A stretch of DNA of 64,000 nucleotides from an uncultured Acidobacteriota bacterium (GCA_963827655.1 CAWHCF010000006.1:160001-224000); one strand, 5' to 3'; shown: positions 40,552 through 50,090, numbered from the stretch's first letter. Translations and numbers: made by a program. The notes: generated by a model not told the origin, from the letters alone.

Positions 40552-41688
40552 CTAGGGTTTTGATTCGTTCCAGTAGATCTTAACATTGCCCGTGGCCCGG
40601 CCAACGGCGACGATTTCGGGACGCCCGTCGCCGTTCAGGTCCGCCACCGCAAGGTCTTCCGTAGCCATGCCGCCATCATCAACCATCAGCGACTTGCCCC
40701 ACTTCCCTTCCGCGTTTCGTTTGTAGACCGCCACGCCGTGCTTTCCCCGGCGCCACCCGACGGCCAGCTCCTCGTTGCCGTCTCCGTCGAAATCTCCCCA
40801 GCCCAGGGCGTGACCATCCGAGAGTTGATCTTCAATGACCTCTCTCGCCCACTTCCCTTTCTGTTCCTGGTAAAGCACAACAGAGTTTCCATGCCACGGC
40901 TCGACGGTCGCCAGATATCGCGTCTTTCCTAGACGTCCCATCTTGATTTCGCCCGGCGACCCTTCTCCGATCAACGTCTTCGACCAGCCTCCCTTGGTCA
41001 GACGCTTGAGCACGTGCACGCCCTCGCGGCTCGCCGTGAGAATCTCATCCTGAAGATCGTCATCGAAGTTCGTGACTATCAAGTTGTGAACAATGTGGAG
41101 GGAGTCGTCGGCTACCTCGACCGGCCAGGAATCCCGATCGGGATTGGGTGGCACGCGGTAAACCAGAATCCGGGCGCCCTGGCCTTCCCAATTCGGACCC
41201 TTGTTTCCGCGGCCGTGCAGCGGAGCCACGACCAGTTCCTGCTTGCCGTCGCCCTCCACGTCACCCCAACGGATGCGGTGAAGCGTAGGCTCTTCGGCAA
41301 TAGGCGCCAGATTCCAAAGACGATTCGAATCGTCCGAGCTGCGCCCGATCCACTGGAGAGTGCCTCCGCTGGCCGTATTCGCGGGTTGCCAGTCGGCGCC
41401 GAGGGCAAGATCTATCTTGCCGTCACGATCGATATCATGAGCGGCAATGCACACGTTATCTTTTTTTGTGGCGCCATCCAGAATCACCCGCTTTTCCCAG
41501 GAGGGATTCTCAAACCAGACCGCCTGAGTCGGGTTGATTGCGACAATGTCGGGCCTGCGATCGTTGTTTACATCAGCAATAAGCACGGCATAGCCTACGC
41601 CGAACTGCCGTTGAATTTCCTGCTCGCGAAAACGGATTTCTCCGTAAGCGAGCGCGCTGAGAAGCAGAATTGCTGAAGGGAGTCGCAT
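40552..41688 (-). CDS. Secreted FG-GAP/VCBS repeat beta-propeller protein
   Basis: Signal peptide; DVNNDRRPD, DIDRDGKID, DFDGDGNEE, DLNGDGRPE; His-rich motifs TLHR, HIVH, EPWHGN, GHAL. Confidence 0.85.
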   Translation of the reverse strand: MRLPSAILLLSALAYGEIRFREQEIQRQFGVGYAVLIADVNNDRRPDIVAINPTQAVWFENPSWEKRVILDGATKKDNVCIAAHDIDRDGKIDLALGADWQPANTASGGTLQWIGRSSDDSNRLWNLAPIAEEPTLHRIRWGDVEGDGKQELVVAPLHGRGNKGPNWEGQGARILVYRVPPNPDRDSWPVEVADDSLHIVHNLIVTNFDDDLQDEILTASREGVHVLKRLTKGGWSKTLIGEGSPGEIKMGRLGKTRYLATVEPWHGNSVVLYQEQKGKWAREVIEDQLSDGHALGWGDFDGDGNEELAVGWRRGKHGVAVYKRNAEGKWGKSLMVDDGGMATEDLAVADLNGDGRPEIVAVGRATGNVKIYWNESKP

Positions 41689-41789
41689 GGAAGCGCATTT
41701 TATCGCAGGATCGGCGGTTCCGACTCGAAAATTGCGACGAAACGGGTCCATTCATTGTATTCTTAGCGCTCCTTTGCATTTTCGCGGTG

Positions 41790-43082
41790 ATGACCCGGAT
41801 GGATGGCACTGTACAGATCGCGCTGGTAGGAGCCGGCATGTTCGGAGGGGACGTGCACGCGCGCGCGTACGCCGACCTGTATGCGGGCGGCATCAGCGGA
41901 AACCTCTCTCGAGTAGGACTGGAACGGTGGGCGAGAGAGCTGGCGCCTTTGAGGTTCAACCTGGTCGCCGTCGCGACTCGTTCCGAAGCTTCGGCCCGGC
42001 GGCTTCAGGAAAAATTCAAGGCCTGGACCGGGCATCAACCCAAGGCCTACCATGGCGAGCGTCCCTGGATCGAGATCATCCGCGATTTTCCTGAACTCGA
42101 CGTGATGGCGGTGGCTACTCCCGATCACCTCCACACACCCGTGATCCTGGCGGCCCTCGAGAACCGGACCCATGTGATAACGGAGAAGCCTATGTGCCTC
42201 TCCATCCGGGAGGCGGATCAGATCGTGGAAACGGCCCGCGCCAAGGGACGGATCGTAGCGGTCGACATGCACAAGCGGTACGATCCGGACCACCTCAGGG
42301 TCAAGTACGATCTGTCGAAAAAAATCGGTGACCCGTTATACGGCCTTGCCATGCTGGAAGAACCGCTGGGAGTCTCCACCGAGACCTTCAAGTGGGCCGA
42401 GCAAAGCGATCCCTTCAGTTACGTGGGCTCACATTGGACCGACCTCTTTTACACTTACTACAAGAGCAAACCGGTTTCCCTCACGGCCGTAGGGCAGAAG
42501 AAACGTCTGGTGCGCAGCGGAATCAATGCCTACGACGCAGTCCAGGTGAGAGTCGATTTCGACAACGGGATGAGCGTGTCTTTCCACAATAACTGGATCA
42601 CTCCTCCCGATTTCGAGGGACCGGTAAACCAGCAACACGAGATCGTAGGAACGGACGGGAAGGTCGAATCGGATCAGCAGTACCGGGGACTTCGATTCTG
42701 GTATTCCGGTGGAGGTAGCCGCACGGCTAACAATCATTTCACACGCGACGTGCCCAGGCCCGATGGCTCGCAGGCGTACGTCGGCTACGGCGTGGACAGC
42801 ATCACGGCTATCCTGGTAGCGATCTGCCGAGTGAAGTTTCTGGGGGAAACCTGTGACGCGGTGGCCGATATTTATCCGACCGCAGAAGATGGGCGTATTA
42901 CCACGGCGATCCTCGATGCCGCCGCGCGCGTGCGTGATCTGAATTTCAAATACCTCCAGGAAGGTAGAGGCGCCGCTGTGACCGCGCGCTTCGGCGCCGA
43001 CGGAATCACGATCGTGGACCCGAATCGTTTTCGGGAAGGAGAAAACGCCGTATTTCAGAGGATCTACGATAGACCGATATAG
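41790..43082 (+). CDS. Gfo/Idh/MocA family oxidoreductase
   Basis: LVGAGMFG, ATPDHLH, TEKPM, MHKRYDP. Confidence 0.88.
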   Translation: MTRMDGTVQIALVGAGMFGGDVHARAYADLYAGGISGNLSRVGLERWARELAPLRFNLVAVATRSEASARRLQEKFKAWTGHQPKAYHGERPWIEIIRDFPELDVMAVATPDHLHTPVILAALENRTHVITEKPMCLSIREADQIVETARAKGRIVAVDMHKRYDPDHLRVKYDLSKKIGDPLYGLAMLEEPLGVSTETFKWAEQSDPFSYVGSHWTDLFYTYYKSKPVSLTAVGQKKRLVRSGINAYDAVQVRVDFDNGMSVSFHNNWITPPDFEGPVNQQHEIVGTDGKVESDQQYRGLRFWYSGGGSRTANNHFTRDVPRPDGSQAYVGYGVDSITAILVAICRVKFLGETCDAVADIYPTAEDGRITTAILDAAARVRDLNFKYLQEGRGAAVTARFGADGITIVDPNRFREGENAVFQRIYDRPI

Positions 43083-43136
43083 CAGGTCTGGATCGACCAT
43101 TGACGATTGGGTGCCCAATCGGCTTCAGGAGGGCTA

Positions 43137-44513
43137 ATGGGAAGGGAGTTCAGCATCGTTCCGCGCAACGTTCCTCGAGTCGAGACTCGGTACCGGCGGA
43201 TTGTGACGCCGCTCCCGGCTCCCGAGTCGCTTCCCATTCTTGAAACCCTTAGAACGTTCGAGCCAGTCTCGATGCGCGGCCAGCCTCCCGTAGTATGGGA
43301 TCGTGCAGAAGACGTCCAGGTCTACGACCGGTGGGGAAACATGTGGCTGGACTGGAGCTCCGGCGTCCTGGTCACCAACGCCGGCCACGGAGCGCCCGAA
43401 GTGAAGCAGGCGATTATCGATCAGGTCAACAGCGGACTGCTGCACAACTATTGCTTCCCCAGCGAAGAACGCGCTCAGCTGCTCGATTCCCTGGCCCGGC
43501 TTGCTCCCGAGGGACTGAGCAAGGTGTTCCTGCTGACCACGGGGGCCGAGGCCACCGAAAATGCCCTGAAGATGGCTCGGACGTACGGCATCAGAAAAGG
43601 AGGAACCGACAAGATCGGTTTTGTCGGCTTCGAACGAGGCTTTCACGGCCGCACTCTCGGGGCACAGCAGGCGGGCGGAATCCCTGGCCAGAAAGGGTGG
43701 ATCGTGAATGAAGATCCTGCCATAGTGCAGGTTCCATTCCCCGACGGATACTGGACCGAGGATACACGTTTCACCCTCTTCTGTGAGACTCTGGGAAAAA
43801 AGGGTATGAAGCCGGACCGGGTAGCCGGGGTCATGCTCGAAACCTACCAGGGAGTTGGACCTGACTTTGCGCCCGTCGAGTATGTCAGGGCCCTGTCGAA
43901 CTGGTGCAAGACTCACGATGCCTTGTTGATCTTCGACGAGGTGCAGGCCGGGTTCGGAAGAACCGGAAAAATGTGGGGATTTGAACACTATGGCGTGGTT
44001 CCGGACCTCATTTGTTTCGGAAAAGGGGTCACGGGCTCACTCCCGCTCTCGGGCGTGATCGGCCGGCCCGACATTATGGACCAGTATCCGCCGGGGTCCA
44101 TGACCAGCACTCATACGGGAAATCCAGTGTGCGCGGCGGCCGCCCTGGCAAGCCTCAAGAAGATTGCGCGCGACAATCTGGTGGAAAATTCGCGCCGGCT
44201 GGGAGAGGTTTTGCTCGAGGGACTCCATGAGATCCAGAGCGCGCATCCTGACAGGGTGGGGCGCTGCACAGGCCGCGGATTGGTGGCCGGTTTGCAAATG
44301 ATAAAAGCCGGGAGGAAGGAACCCGATCCTGACCTGGCCTTCGACATCGTCGAGCGGTGCTACCACAAGGGGCTGCTCTTCTTCGCTCCGGTCGGTGCCT
44401 GGGGCCAGACGGTCAAAATCGCGCCGCCGCTCACGATCACTTCAGACGCGCTGAAGGAGGGGTTGAGCGTGCTGGGCGAATGCGTGAAAGACGCCGTGGC
44501 AGCAACGAAGTAG
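43137..44513 (+). CDS. Class III PLP aminotransferase (GABA-transaminase-like)
   Basis: AGGAGG RBS; TTGAEATE, FHGRT, FDEVQAGFGRTG, PDLICFGKG, THTGNP. Confidence 0.92.
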   Translation: MGREFSIVPRNVPRVETRYRRIVTPLPAPESLPILETLRTFEPVSMRGQPPVVWDRAEDVQVYDRWGNMWLDWSSGVLVTNAGHGAPEVKQAIIDQVNSGLLHNYCFPSEERAQLLDSLARLAPEGLSKVFLLTTGAEATENALKMARTYGIRKGGTDKIGFVGFERGFHGRTLGAQQAGGIPGQKGWIVNEDPAIVQVPFPDGYWTEDTRFTLFCETLGKKGMKPDRVAGVMLETYQGVGPDFAPVEYVRALSNWCKTHDALLIFDEVQAGFGRTGKMWGFEHYGVVPDLICFGKGVTGSLPLSGVIGRPDIMDQYPPGSMTSTHTGNPVCAAAALASLKKIARDNLVENSRRLGEVLLEGLHEIQSAHPDRVGRCTGRGLVAGLQMIKAGRKEPDPDLAFDIVERCYHKGLLFFAPVGAWGQTVKIAPPLTITSDALKEGLSVLGECVKDAVAATK

Positions 44514-44568
44514 TGCTTAGGCGCTTAGTGAAACGTTCAAACCAACATGTCGTCGTTCAAAAGGGGCC

Positions 44569-44596
44569 TTCGTTCGGGGCGAAGTCCCCGAACGAA
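44569..44596. repeat. Perfect 11-bp hairpin (REP- or terminator-like)
   Basis: TTCGTTCGGGG-cgaagt-CCCCGAACGAA. Confidence 0.6.
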
Positions 44597-44648
44597 CCTT
44601 AGCGTCTTCGAGTCCTGGCGGTGAAACGAACTTTGACGAGGTTAGACC

Positions 44649-45539
44649 ATGAAAAACTCTAGACGTGCTTTCGTTAAGAGCATCGGCGCGGCAGGCTTAC
44701 TGGGCTTTGCGCCCGAGGCAGCGCATGCGATTGAACCCATCCCGCGGCGGGGCGCGCATATGAAGCTGAGCCTGGCCGCCTATTCGTTCCGGCAATATCT
44801 TGCCGGAAAAACAAAATCGATGACGCTCGACGACTTCGTCGACCTCTGCGCCGAGTACGAGCTCGATGCGGTCGAGCCGACGTCCTACTACTTCCCCGAA
44901 CCTGTCACCCCTGAATACTGCCACCAGCTCCGAAGACGGGCGTTCATGCTCGGTCTCGGCATCTCCGGCACGGCCGTGGGAAACACTTTCACGCATCCTC
45001 CGGGACCACAGCTCGACAAAGAGATCGCTCACGTAAAGAAATGGGTCGATCACGCCGTCGAGATGTCCGCTCCCGTCATCCGTATCTTTGCCGGAACGCT
45101 GCAAAAAGACACGACCGAGGCTCAAGCCCGGAAATGGTGCATCGAGGCAATCGACCAGTGCTGTAAATACGCCGGTCAGCGGGGCATTATTCTGGCTCTG
45201 GAAAACCACGGCGGAATTGTCAGTACCGTCGACCAGCTCCTTTCCATAGTTCGCGAAATCAAATCGGACTGGTTCGGCGTCAACCTTGACACAGGAAACT
45301 TCCGCGGACCCGATCCTTATGCAGATATAGCCAAAGCGGCGCCCTACGCGGTGACGGTGCAGGTCAAGAGCGAGATCTCAGCCGGCGGCGCGAGAGGCGA
45401 AGCCGATTTCGGACGCATCGTCGAAGTCCTCAAGAAAGCGCACTATCGAGGCTTTGTCGCTCTGGAATATGAAGCGAAGGAAGACCCGAAGACGGCTGTT
45501 CCGCGCCACCTCAAGACTCTGCGGAAACTGATTTCGTAA
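44649..45539 (+). CDS. Sugar phosphate isomerase/epimerase TIM-barrel protein with Tat signal
   Basis: SRRAFVK leader; LAAYSFR, LENHGG, NLDTGNF, LEYE. Confidence 0.9.
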   Translation: MKNSRRAFVKSIGAAGLLGFAPEAAHAIEPIPRRGAHMKLSLAAYSFRQYLAGKTKSMTLDDFVDLCAEYELDAVEPTSYYFPEPVTPEYCHQLRRRAFMLGLGISGTAVGNTFTHPPGPQLDKEIAHVKKWVDHAVEMSAPVIRIFAGTLQKDTTEAQARKWCIEAIDQCCKYAGQRGIILALENHGGIVSTVDQLLSIVREIKSDWFGVNLDTGNFRGPDPYADIAKAAPYAVTVQVKSEISAGGARGEADFGRIVEVLKKAHYRGFVALEYEAKEDPKTAVPRHLKTLRKLIS

Positions 45540-45593
45540 CAAGAAACGCTGCGTGTTTTCGCGTCTTCGCGCCCAGACCAAACGAGGTGCTCA

Positions 45594-46559
45594 ATGAAAA
45601 ACATTCGCGTTGCCGCGGTTCAGTACGAGCACGCCCCCAGCGACAAGAGCGCGAACCTGGAAAAAATCCGCCAATTTGTCGCCCAGGCCGCCCGCCATAA
45701 AGTCGAGATTATTTCTTTTCCGGAATGTTGCATCACGGGGTACTGGCACCTGCGCCACCTCACGCGAGAGCAGCTGGCGGATGTGGCCGAGCCCGTCTTT
45801 GACGGTCCTTCGTCGCAGGCGCTGATGTCGCTGGCCCGGGAGTACCGGATGACGATAGGCGCCGGCCTGATCGAAATCACGAAAGAGGGCAATTTTCACA
45901 ATGCGTACGTCGTGGCCATGCCCGATGGAAACCAGCACTGTCACCGGAAGATTCACGCCTTCGTCAGCCAATACCTGACCTCAGGCTCCGACTACACGGT
46001 CTTTGATTCACCGCACGAGTGCCGGCTGGGCGTGCTGACCTGTTACGACAACAATATCGGCGAGAATGTTCGCATCACAGCCCTGAAGGGAACCGAGATA
46101 CTTCTGGCGCCGCATCAGACCGGCGGATGCAGATCAAATAATCCCAATACCATGGGATTGGTCGATCGCGCCTTGTGGGACAATCGTCACAATAACCCGC
46201 AAGCAATCGAAGAAGAGCTCCGCGGGCCCAAGGGACGCGGCTGGCTGATGCGTTGGCTTCCGACTCGCGCCCATGACAACGGTATCTTTCTGATTTTCAG
46301 CAATGGTGTGGGGGTTGACGATGACGAGATCCGCACGGGAAATTCGATGATCATCGACCCGTACGGGCGCGTCCTGGCCGAGACCTGCAAAGCCGGCGAT
46401 GACATCGTCATCGCCGATCTCGATGCTTCGCTGCTCGATCAGAGCACAGGCAGGAGGTGGATCAAGACTCGCCGTCCTGAGCTGTATCATCCCTTGACCA
46501 CGCCGACAGGGCTCGAGCGCGATACCCGTTCGGTTCGGTTCGACAAAAAAGGAATCTGA
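45594..46559 (+). CDS. Nitrilase/carbon-nitrogen hydrolase family protein
   Basis: E-K-C triad: FPECCITGY, HRKIH, TCYD; GNSMIIDPYG. Confidence 0.92.
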   Translation: MKNIRVAAVQYEHAPSDKSANLEKIRQFVAQAARHKVEIISFPECCITGYWHLRHLTREQLADVAEPVFDGPSSQALMSLAREYRMTIGAGLIEITKEGNFHNAYVVAMPDGNQHCHRKIHAFVSQYLTSGSDYTVFDSPHECRLGVLTCYDNNIGENVRITALKGTEILLAPHQTGGCRSNNPNTMGLVDRALWDNRHNNPQAIEEELRGPKGRGWLMRWLPTRAHDNGIFLIFSNGVGVDDDEIRTGNSMIIDPYGRVLAETCKAGDDIVIADLDASLLDQSTGRRWIKTRRPELYHPLTTPTGLERDTRSVRFDKKGI

Positions 46560-46800
46560 CGATTGCGGATTTCGGATTGCGGATTGCGGATTGGAAGAAC
46601 GTGGGACACTGGAGTTCCAACCGAAATGATCCGCAGTCTGGAATCGTTGTGGCCTTCGTAAACAGCGCGGGTCGCCAAGTCGATTCATCCGCAATCGGAT
46701 GGATCGAGACTCGCCGGCCCGGGGCGACTGATTGCGGATTGAATTGACTTGTGCGAGCGCGCCGTTTCTCGGATGTCATAACCAATTGCCGATTTCCGAT
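46560..46800. repeat. (GATTGCG)n 7-mer repeats downstream of the four-helix-bundle gene
   Basis: gattgcggatttcggattgcggattgcggattg; further copies at about 46688, 46730 and 46785. Confidence 0.85.
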
Positions 46801-46804
46801 TAAC

Positions 46805-47158
46805 TCATTTCCGCGATCGCGCCGTCTTTAAAGAAGCGACAACCAGAGAGAGGATTTCGTTGGACTCCTTCAACAGCCCAGCGATCGTGCCTGGCTTCAC
46901 ACGCCCCGTGCCAATGAGGAGTTCCATCCAGTAGATGGATTCATCGCATTCCTCTTCAACGACTCCCATCCTGGCAATAAACTCTGCGCGAGATCTGGCC
47001 CGGCACGCCGATCGGTAGTTGGCACCCACCGAAGTTCCGGCTCTGAGCAGCTGTCTATAAAGAACATCTCCGACTTCCAATCTCGGCATCAATTCAACAA
47101 ACTGAATGATTCTGATCGCAAATCTCTTGGTGCGCTCCTTGAAATCTTCTGCATTCAT
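46805..47158 (-). CDS. Four helix bundle protein (TIGR02436 / 23S rRNA IVP / Avd-like)
   Basis: FKERTKRFAIRII, QLLRAGTSVGANYRSACRARSRAEFIARMGVVEEECDESIYWMELL. Confidence 0.92.
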   Translation of the reverse strand: MNAEDFKERTKRFAIRIIQFVELMPRLEVGDVLYRQLLRAGTSVGANYRSACRARSRAEFIARMGVVEEECDESIYWMELLIGTGRVKPGTIAGLLKESNEILSLVVASLKTARSRK

Positions 47159-47198
47159 GAAGCATCTAACTGGTTAGCCGGCAGAAATGCCAACTATT

Positions 47199-47228
47199 TT
47201 CAATCTGCAATCCGCAATCCGCAATCGA
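47199..47228. repeat. (CAATCCG)n 7-mer repeats upstream of the four-helix-bundle gene, inverted relative to the 46560 array
   Basis: ttcaatctgcaatccgcaatccgcaatcga. Confidence 0.85.
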
Positions 47229-47231
47229 ATG

Positions 47232-48509
47232 CTACCAATCCACGACTGAGCCGTCGTCGGCGTCGTACGATTCCTGATTGCGCCAGTCATGGCCGATCTT
47301 GTCGGCCATGGCAGCGTCGTCGAGCTCGATACCAAGCCCCGGACCCTTGGGCAATTCTACGTAGCCATTTTTCACCACGAAAGGATTCTTGATATAGCCT
47401 TCGCCCAGGCTTACCTGCTCCTGGCAAAGGAAGTTGGGAATCGAAGCGGCAATTTGAATGCCCGCGGCCAGCGAAATCGGACCGAGTGGATTGTGGGGCG
47501 CCATGGCAGCGTAGTATGCCTCCGCCATTCCCGCAATGAGGCGCACTTCGGTGATGCCCCCTGCGTGACACAGGTCGGGTTGCAGTATCGTGGCCGCTCC
47601 TTTCTCCAGAATCTCGCGAAATCCCCATTTCGTGAAGATCCGCTCGCCGGTCGCGATCGGCAGGTGGGTTCCCCGCGCAATGTCGGCCATGGCCTCGACG
47701 TTCTGGCAGTTGACCGGCTCTTCGATGAACATCGGCTGGTAAGGCTCGAGAACCTTGATGAGCAGCTTGGCTGTTTGCGGGGGGATCGCCCCGTGGAAAT
47801 CGATGCCGATATCGGCCTCCGGACCAGCGGCGTCGCGCAGTCCGGCAAACTCCTTCGCCACGTAGTCGACAAAGGCCTTGTTCTCGACTATGCGAGACGG
47901 GCGTCGCTTGGCGGGGCCTGTCTTGAACGCAGTGAATCCCTGGGCCATGCGCTCCTTGATTTGCTGGGGCGTGCGCGCGTGCGCATAGACTCGTATCTTA
48001 TCGCGCGTGGGGCCGCCGAGAAGCTCGTAAATCGGAACCCCGAGCGCCTTCCCTTTGATGTCCCACAGGGCCTGATCGATTCCACTGAGCGCGCTGGTCA
48101 ATATCGGCCCGCCGCGATAGAAAGCGTGGCGGTAAATTGCCTGCCAGTGATGGGCCACGGCTCGTGGATCCTTTCCGATCAGGTACGGCTCTGTCTCCTT
48201 TACCGCCTGTGCGCAAGTCAGCGCTCGTCCCTCGGTGATCGGCTCTCCCAGTCCGGTGATTCCGGCATTGGTGTGAATCTTCAAGAAGAGCCACCTGGGT
48301 TTCACCAGGAATGTCTCCAGCTTGGTAATTTTGATGCTTTCTTTGACCGAGGCGCGCTTCTCCGCAGGGGCAGCCGGAGAAGGTTGTTGAACGGCCGGAG
48401 CGCGTCCCGCGTTCTGTGCCGCAAGGCTCGTAGCACCGACGATCGCCGCCGTGCTCGTCAGCAAAGACCGGCGTTGAATACCCTTTGAGTTGATCGAGTC
48501 TTTTTCCAA
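47232..48509 (-). CDS. dgoD: Galactonate dehydratase with Tat-like N-terminal extension
   Basis: PRWLFLKI, FYRGGP, DQALWDIKGK, DFHG, FIEEP, ATGER, QPDLCHAGG, PHNPLGP, DGSVVDW; leader QRRSLLTS; start TTG 48509 or ATG 48530. Confidence 0.88.
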   Translation of the reverse strand: MEKDSINSKGIQRRSLLTSTAAIVGATSLAAQNAGRAPAVQQPSPAAPAEKRASVKESIKITKLETFLVKPRWLFLKIHTNAGITGLGEPITEGRALTCAQAVKETEPYLIGKDPRAVAHHWQAIYRHAFYRGGPILTSALSGIDQALWDIKGKALGVPIYELLGGPTRDKIRVYAHARTPQQIKERMAQGFTAFKTGPAKRRPSRIVENKAFVDYVAKEFAGLRDAAGPEADIGIDFHGAIPPQTAKLLIKVLEPYQPMFIEEPVNCQNVEAMADIARGTHLPIATGERIFTKWGFREILEKGAATILQPDLCHAGGITEVRLIAGMAEAYYAAMAPHNPLGPISLAAGIQIAASIPNFLCQEQVSLGEGYIKNPFVVKNGYVELPKGPGLGIELDDAAMADKIGHDWRNQESYDADDGSVVDW

Positions 48510-48786
48510 GATAGTTCCCCCTTTTCCCATTGCCGATTCGCGTCTTCGTGGTCGATCGTGGCAGCTACGCGCTTCCCGATGACCCCATAAACATCCACGG
48601 ATGCGGGCAGATATCTCACTTGGTTCGAACAACCTTACTCTACAAGTTGTTTGCCGCCAAGCAGGGAAAAACGAGTAGAATGATGATTCGCGTTGTTTGC
48701 ATTTTTCGTAAATCCCAGACGGCATGCGAATCATTTCGCTGGAGGCCAGCGGCCGGCCGCTTTTCTGACTGTAAGGTGAAAAACTT

Positions 48787-49701
48787 ATGCATGAATTGGA
48801 AACCGTGATCGCAATTCCCCCGCTTCCCTTTCGAGCGGGAATCGTTGACCGGGAGGCGCACCGGAAGAATATGCGCTACCTTGTCGAGAAGAATTTTCTT
48901 AATGACGGCCGGCGCCGGGCGATTGGAATTGCCGGCACCAGCCTGGTTCACCATCTGGATGAGAGCGGCCTGGTCGATGTCATGGACGTGTCCGGGCAAG
49001 CGGTCGGTCAGGATGCCTTGTTGATTGCGGGCCTGGTCGCCACTCCGCTGGCGACCGCCCGCCGCTGCATAGAGCGCTGCCTGAAGCTGAAGCGGCCTCC
49101 CGATTATTTTCTCCTGATGCCCATTCCCGGCGTCTGCAACCCGGACGGCATTGCCAGCGAGTTCGAGTCGCTGGCCACCGAGTGCGGAAGCCGGTACGGA
49201 GCCCGGTTTCTTCTGTACATGCGATCCTCTGACCTGACCGATGCCTATGCGAAGCTTATCTCCTCTTCCCCTCACATTGTCGGGGTGAAGGTCGGAACTC
49301 GAGAGTCTGACGTTGCCAGCATGCGAGCCGCGGTTCCGTCATCAAAAAAGGTACTGTGGGGCGTGGGAGATCGGGCTACGGAAGCCGCGCGTCTGGGCGC
49401 GCGCGGGCACACCTCGGGGATTACCCTGATCTGTCCACGAGTCTGCGACGAAATACACAACGCCTACTGCCGCGAGGACTTTGCTGAAGCCTCCAGACTG
49501 GAGGAACTCGTGGCGGAGTTCGAGGACATCCGCTTTGTTAATGCCCGGGCCTACAACTATTCGGCCGTAGTCGCCGCGGCTCAACTGGGCGGCTTCGCCG
49601 ACGTCGACCTCGGAGAAGGCGGGCCTTTCAACGCGCCTCCTCCTCCTGAAGTCTTGTCACGACTCGGAAGCTGCGTGGCCCGGCTCAAGAGCTACCACTG
49701 A
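48787..49701 (+). CDS. Dihydrodipicolinate synthase family (class I aldolase/dehydratase-like), divergent
   Basis: PLPF, AGTS, LLY, IVGVKVG (Schiff-base Lys), GARGHTSG. Confidence 0.7.
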   Translation: MHELETVIAIPPLPFRAGIVDREAHRKNMRYLVEKNFLNDGRRRAIGIAGTSLVHHLDESGLVDVMDVSGQAVGQDALLIAGLVATPLATARRCIERCLKLKRPPDYFLLMPIPGVCNPDGIASEFESLATECGSRYGARFLLYMRSSDLTDAYAKLISSSPHIVGVKVGTRESDVASMRAAVPSSKKVLWGVGDRATEAARLGARGHTSGITLICPRVCDEIHNAYCREDFAEASRLEELVAEFEDIRFVNARAYNYSAVVAAAQLGGFADVDLGEGGPFNAPPPPEVLSRLGSCVARLKSYH

Positions 49702-49734
49702 TCGGATGGGAGTGCTGTCCCCGGGAACGACCCC

Positions 49735-49950
49735 ATGTTCAAGATCATGATAACCTGCCCGGTTACCAAGAGGCCGATCGAGACTGGAGTAAAGACCGCG
49801 TCGCGCGAGGCGCTGAACAGCAACCTTTTTCAGGAACACGTCGTAATCTGTCCGAAATGCTACCAAACGCACTCCTGGCGGAAAGAGGATGCTTTTCTCG
49901 AGGTGGATCAGGATCCATTGAGGGCCGTGCTTTGGCGGCCGAACCCGTGA
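49735..49950 (+). CDS. Small hypothetical protein, putative zinc ribbon
   Basis: IMITCPVT..IETG...CPKCYQTHSW. Confidence 0.65.
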   Translation: MFKIMITCPVTKRPIETGVKTASREALNSNLFQEHVVICPKCYQTHSWRKEDAFLEVDQDPLRAVLWRPNP

Positions 49951-50090
49951 GTGTATCCGCGCGCCTGCCACATCGATGTTGAACCGCAAGAGTCTCACGT
50001 CCTCTCAAGTCTCCGTGGCTGCGACTTCGCTTCTTTGTGGTTAGTACTGCGGAAACAAAAGGCCGCGACCAAGTCAGTGAGGGAAAACTA

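Noticed and set aside
46458-47228. Diversity-generating retroelement around the Avd-like gene
   Set aside because: There is no reverse transcriptase and no long TR/VR pair with adenine-specific mismatches in the window.
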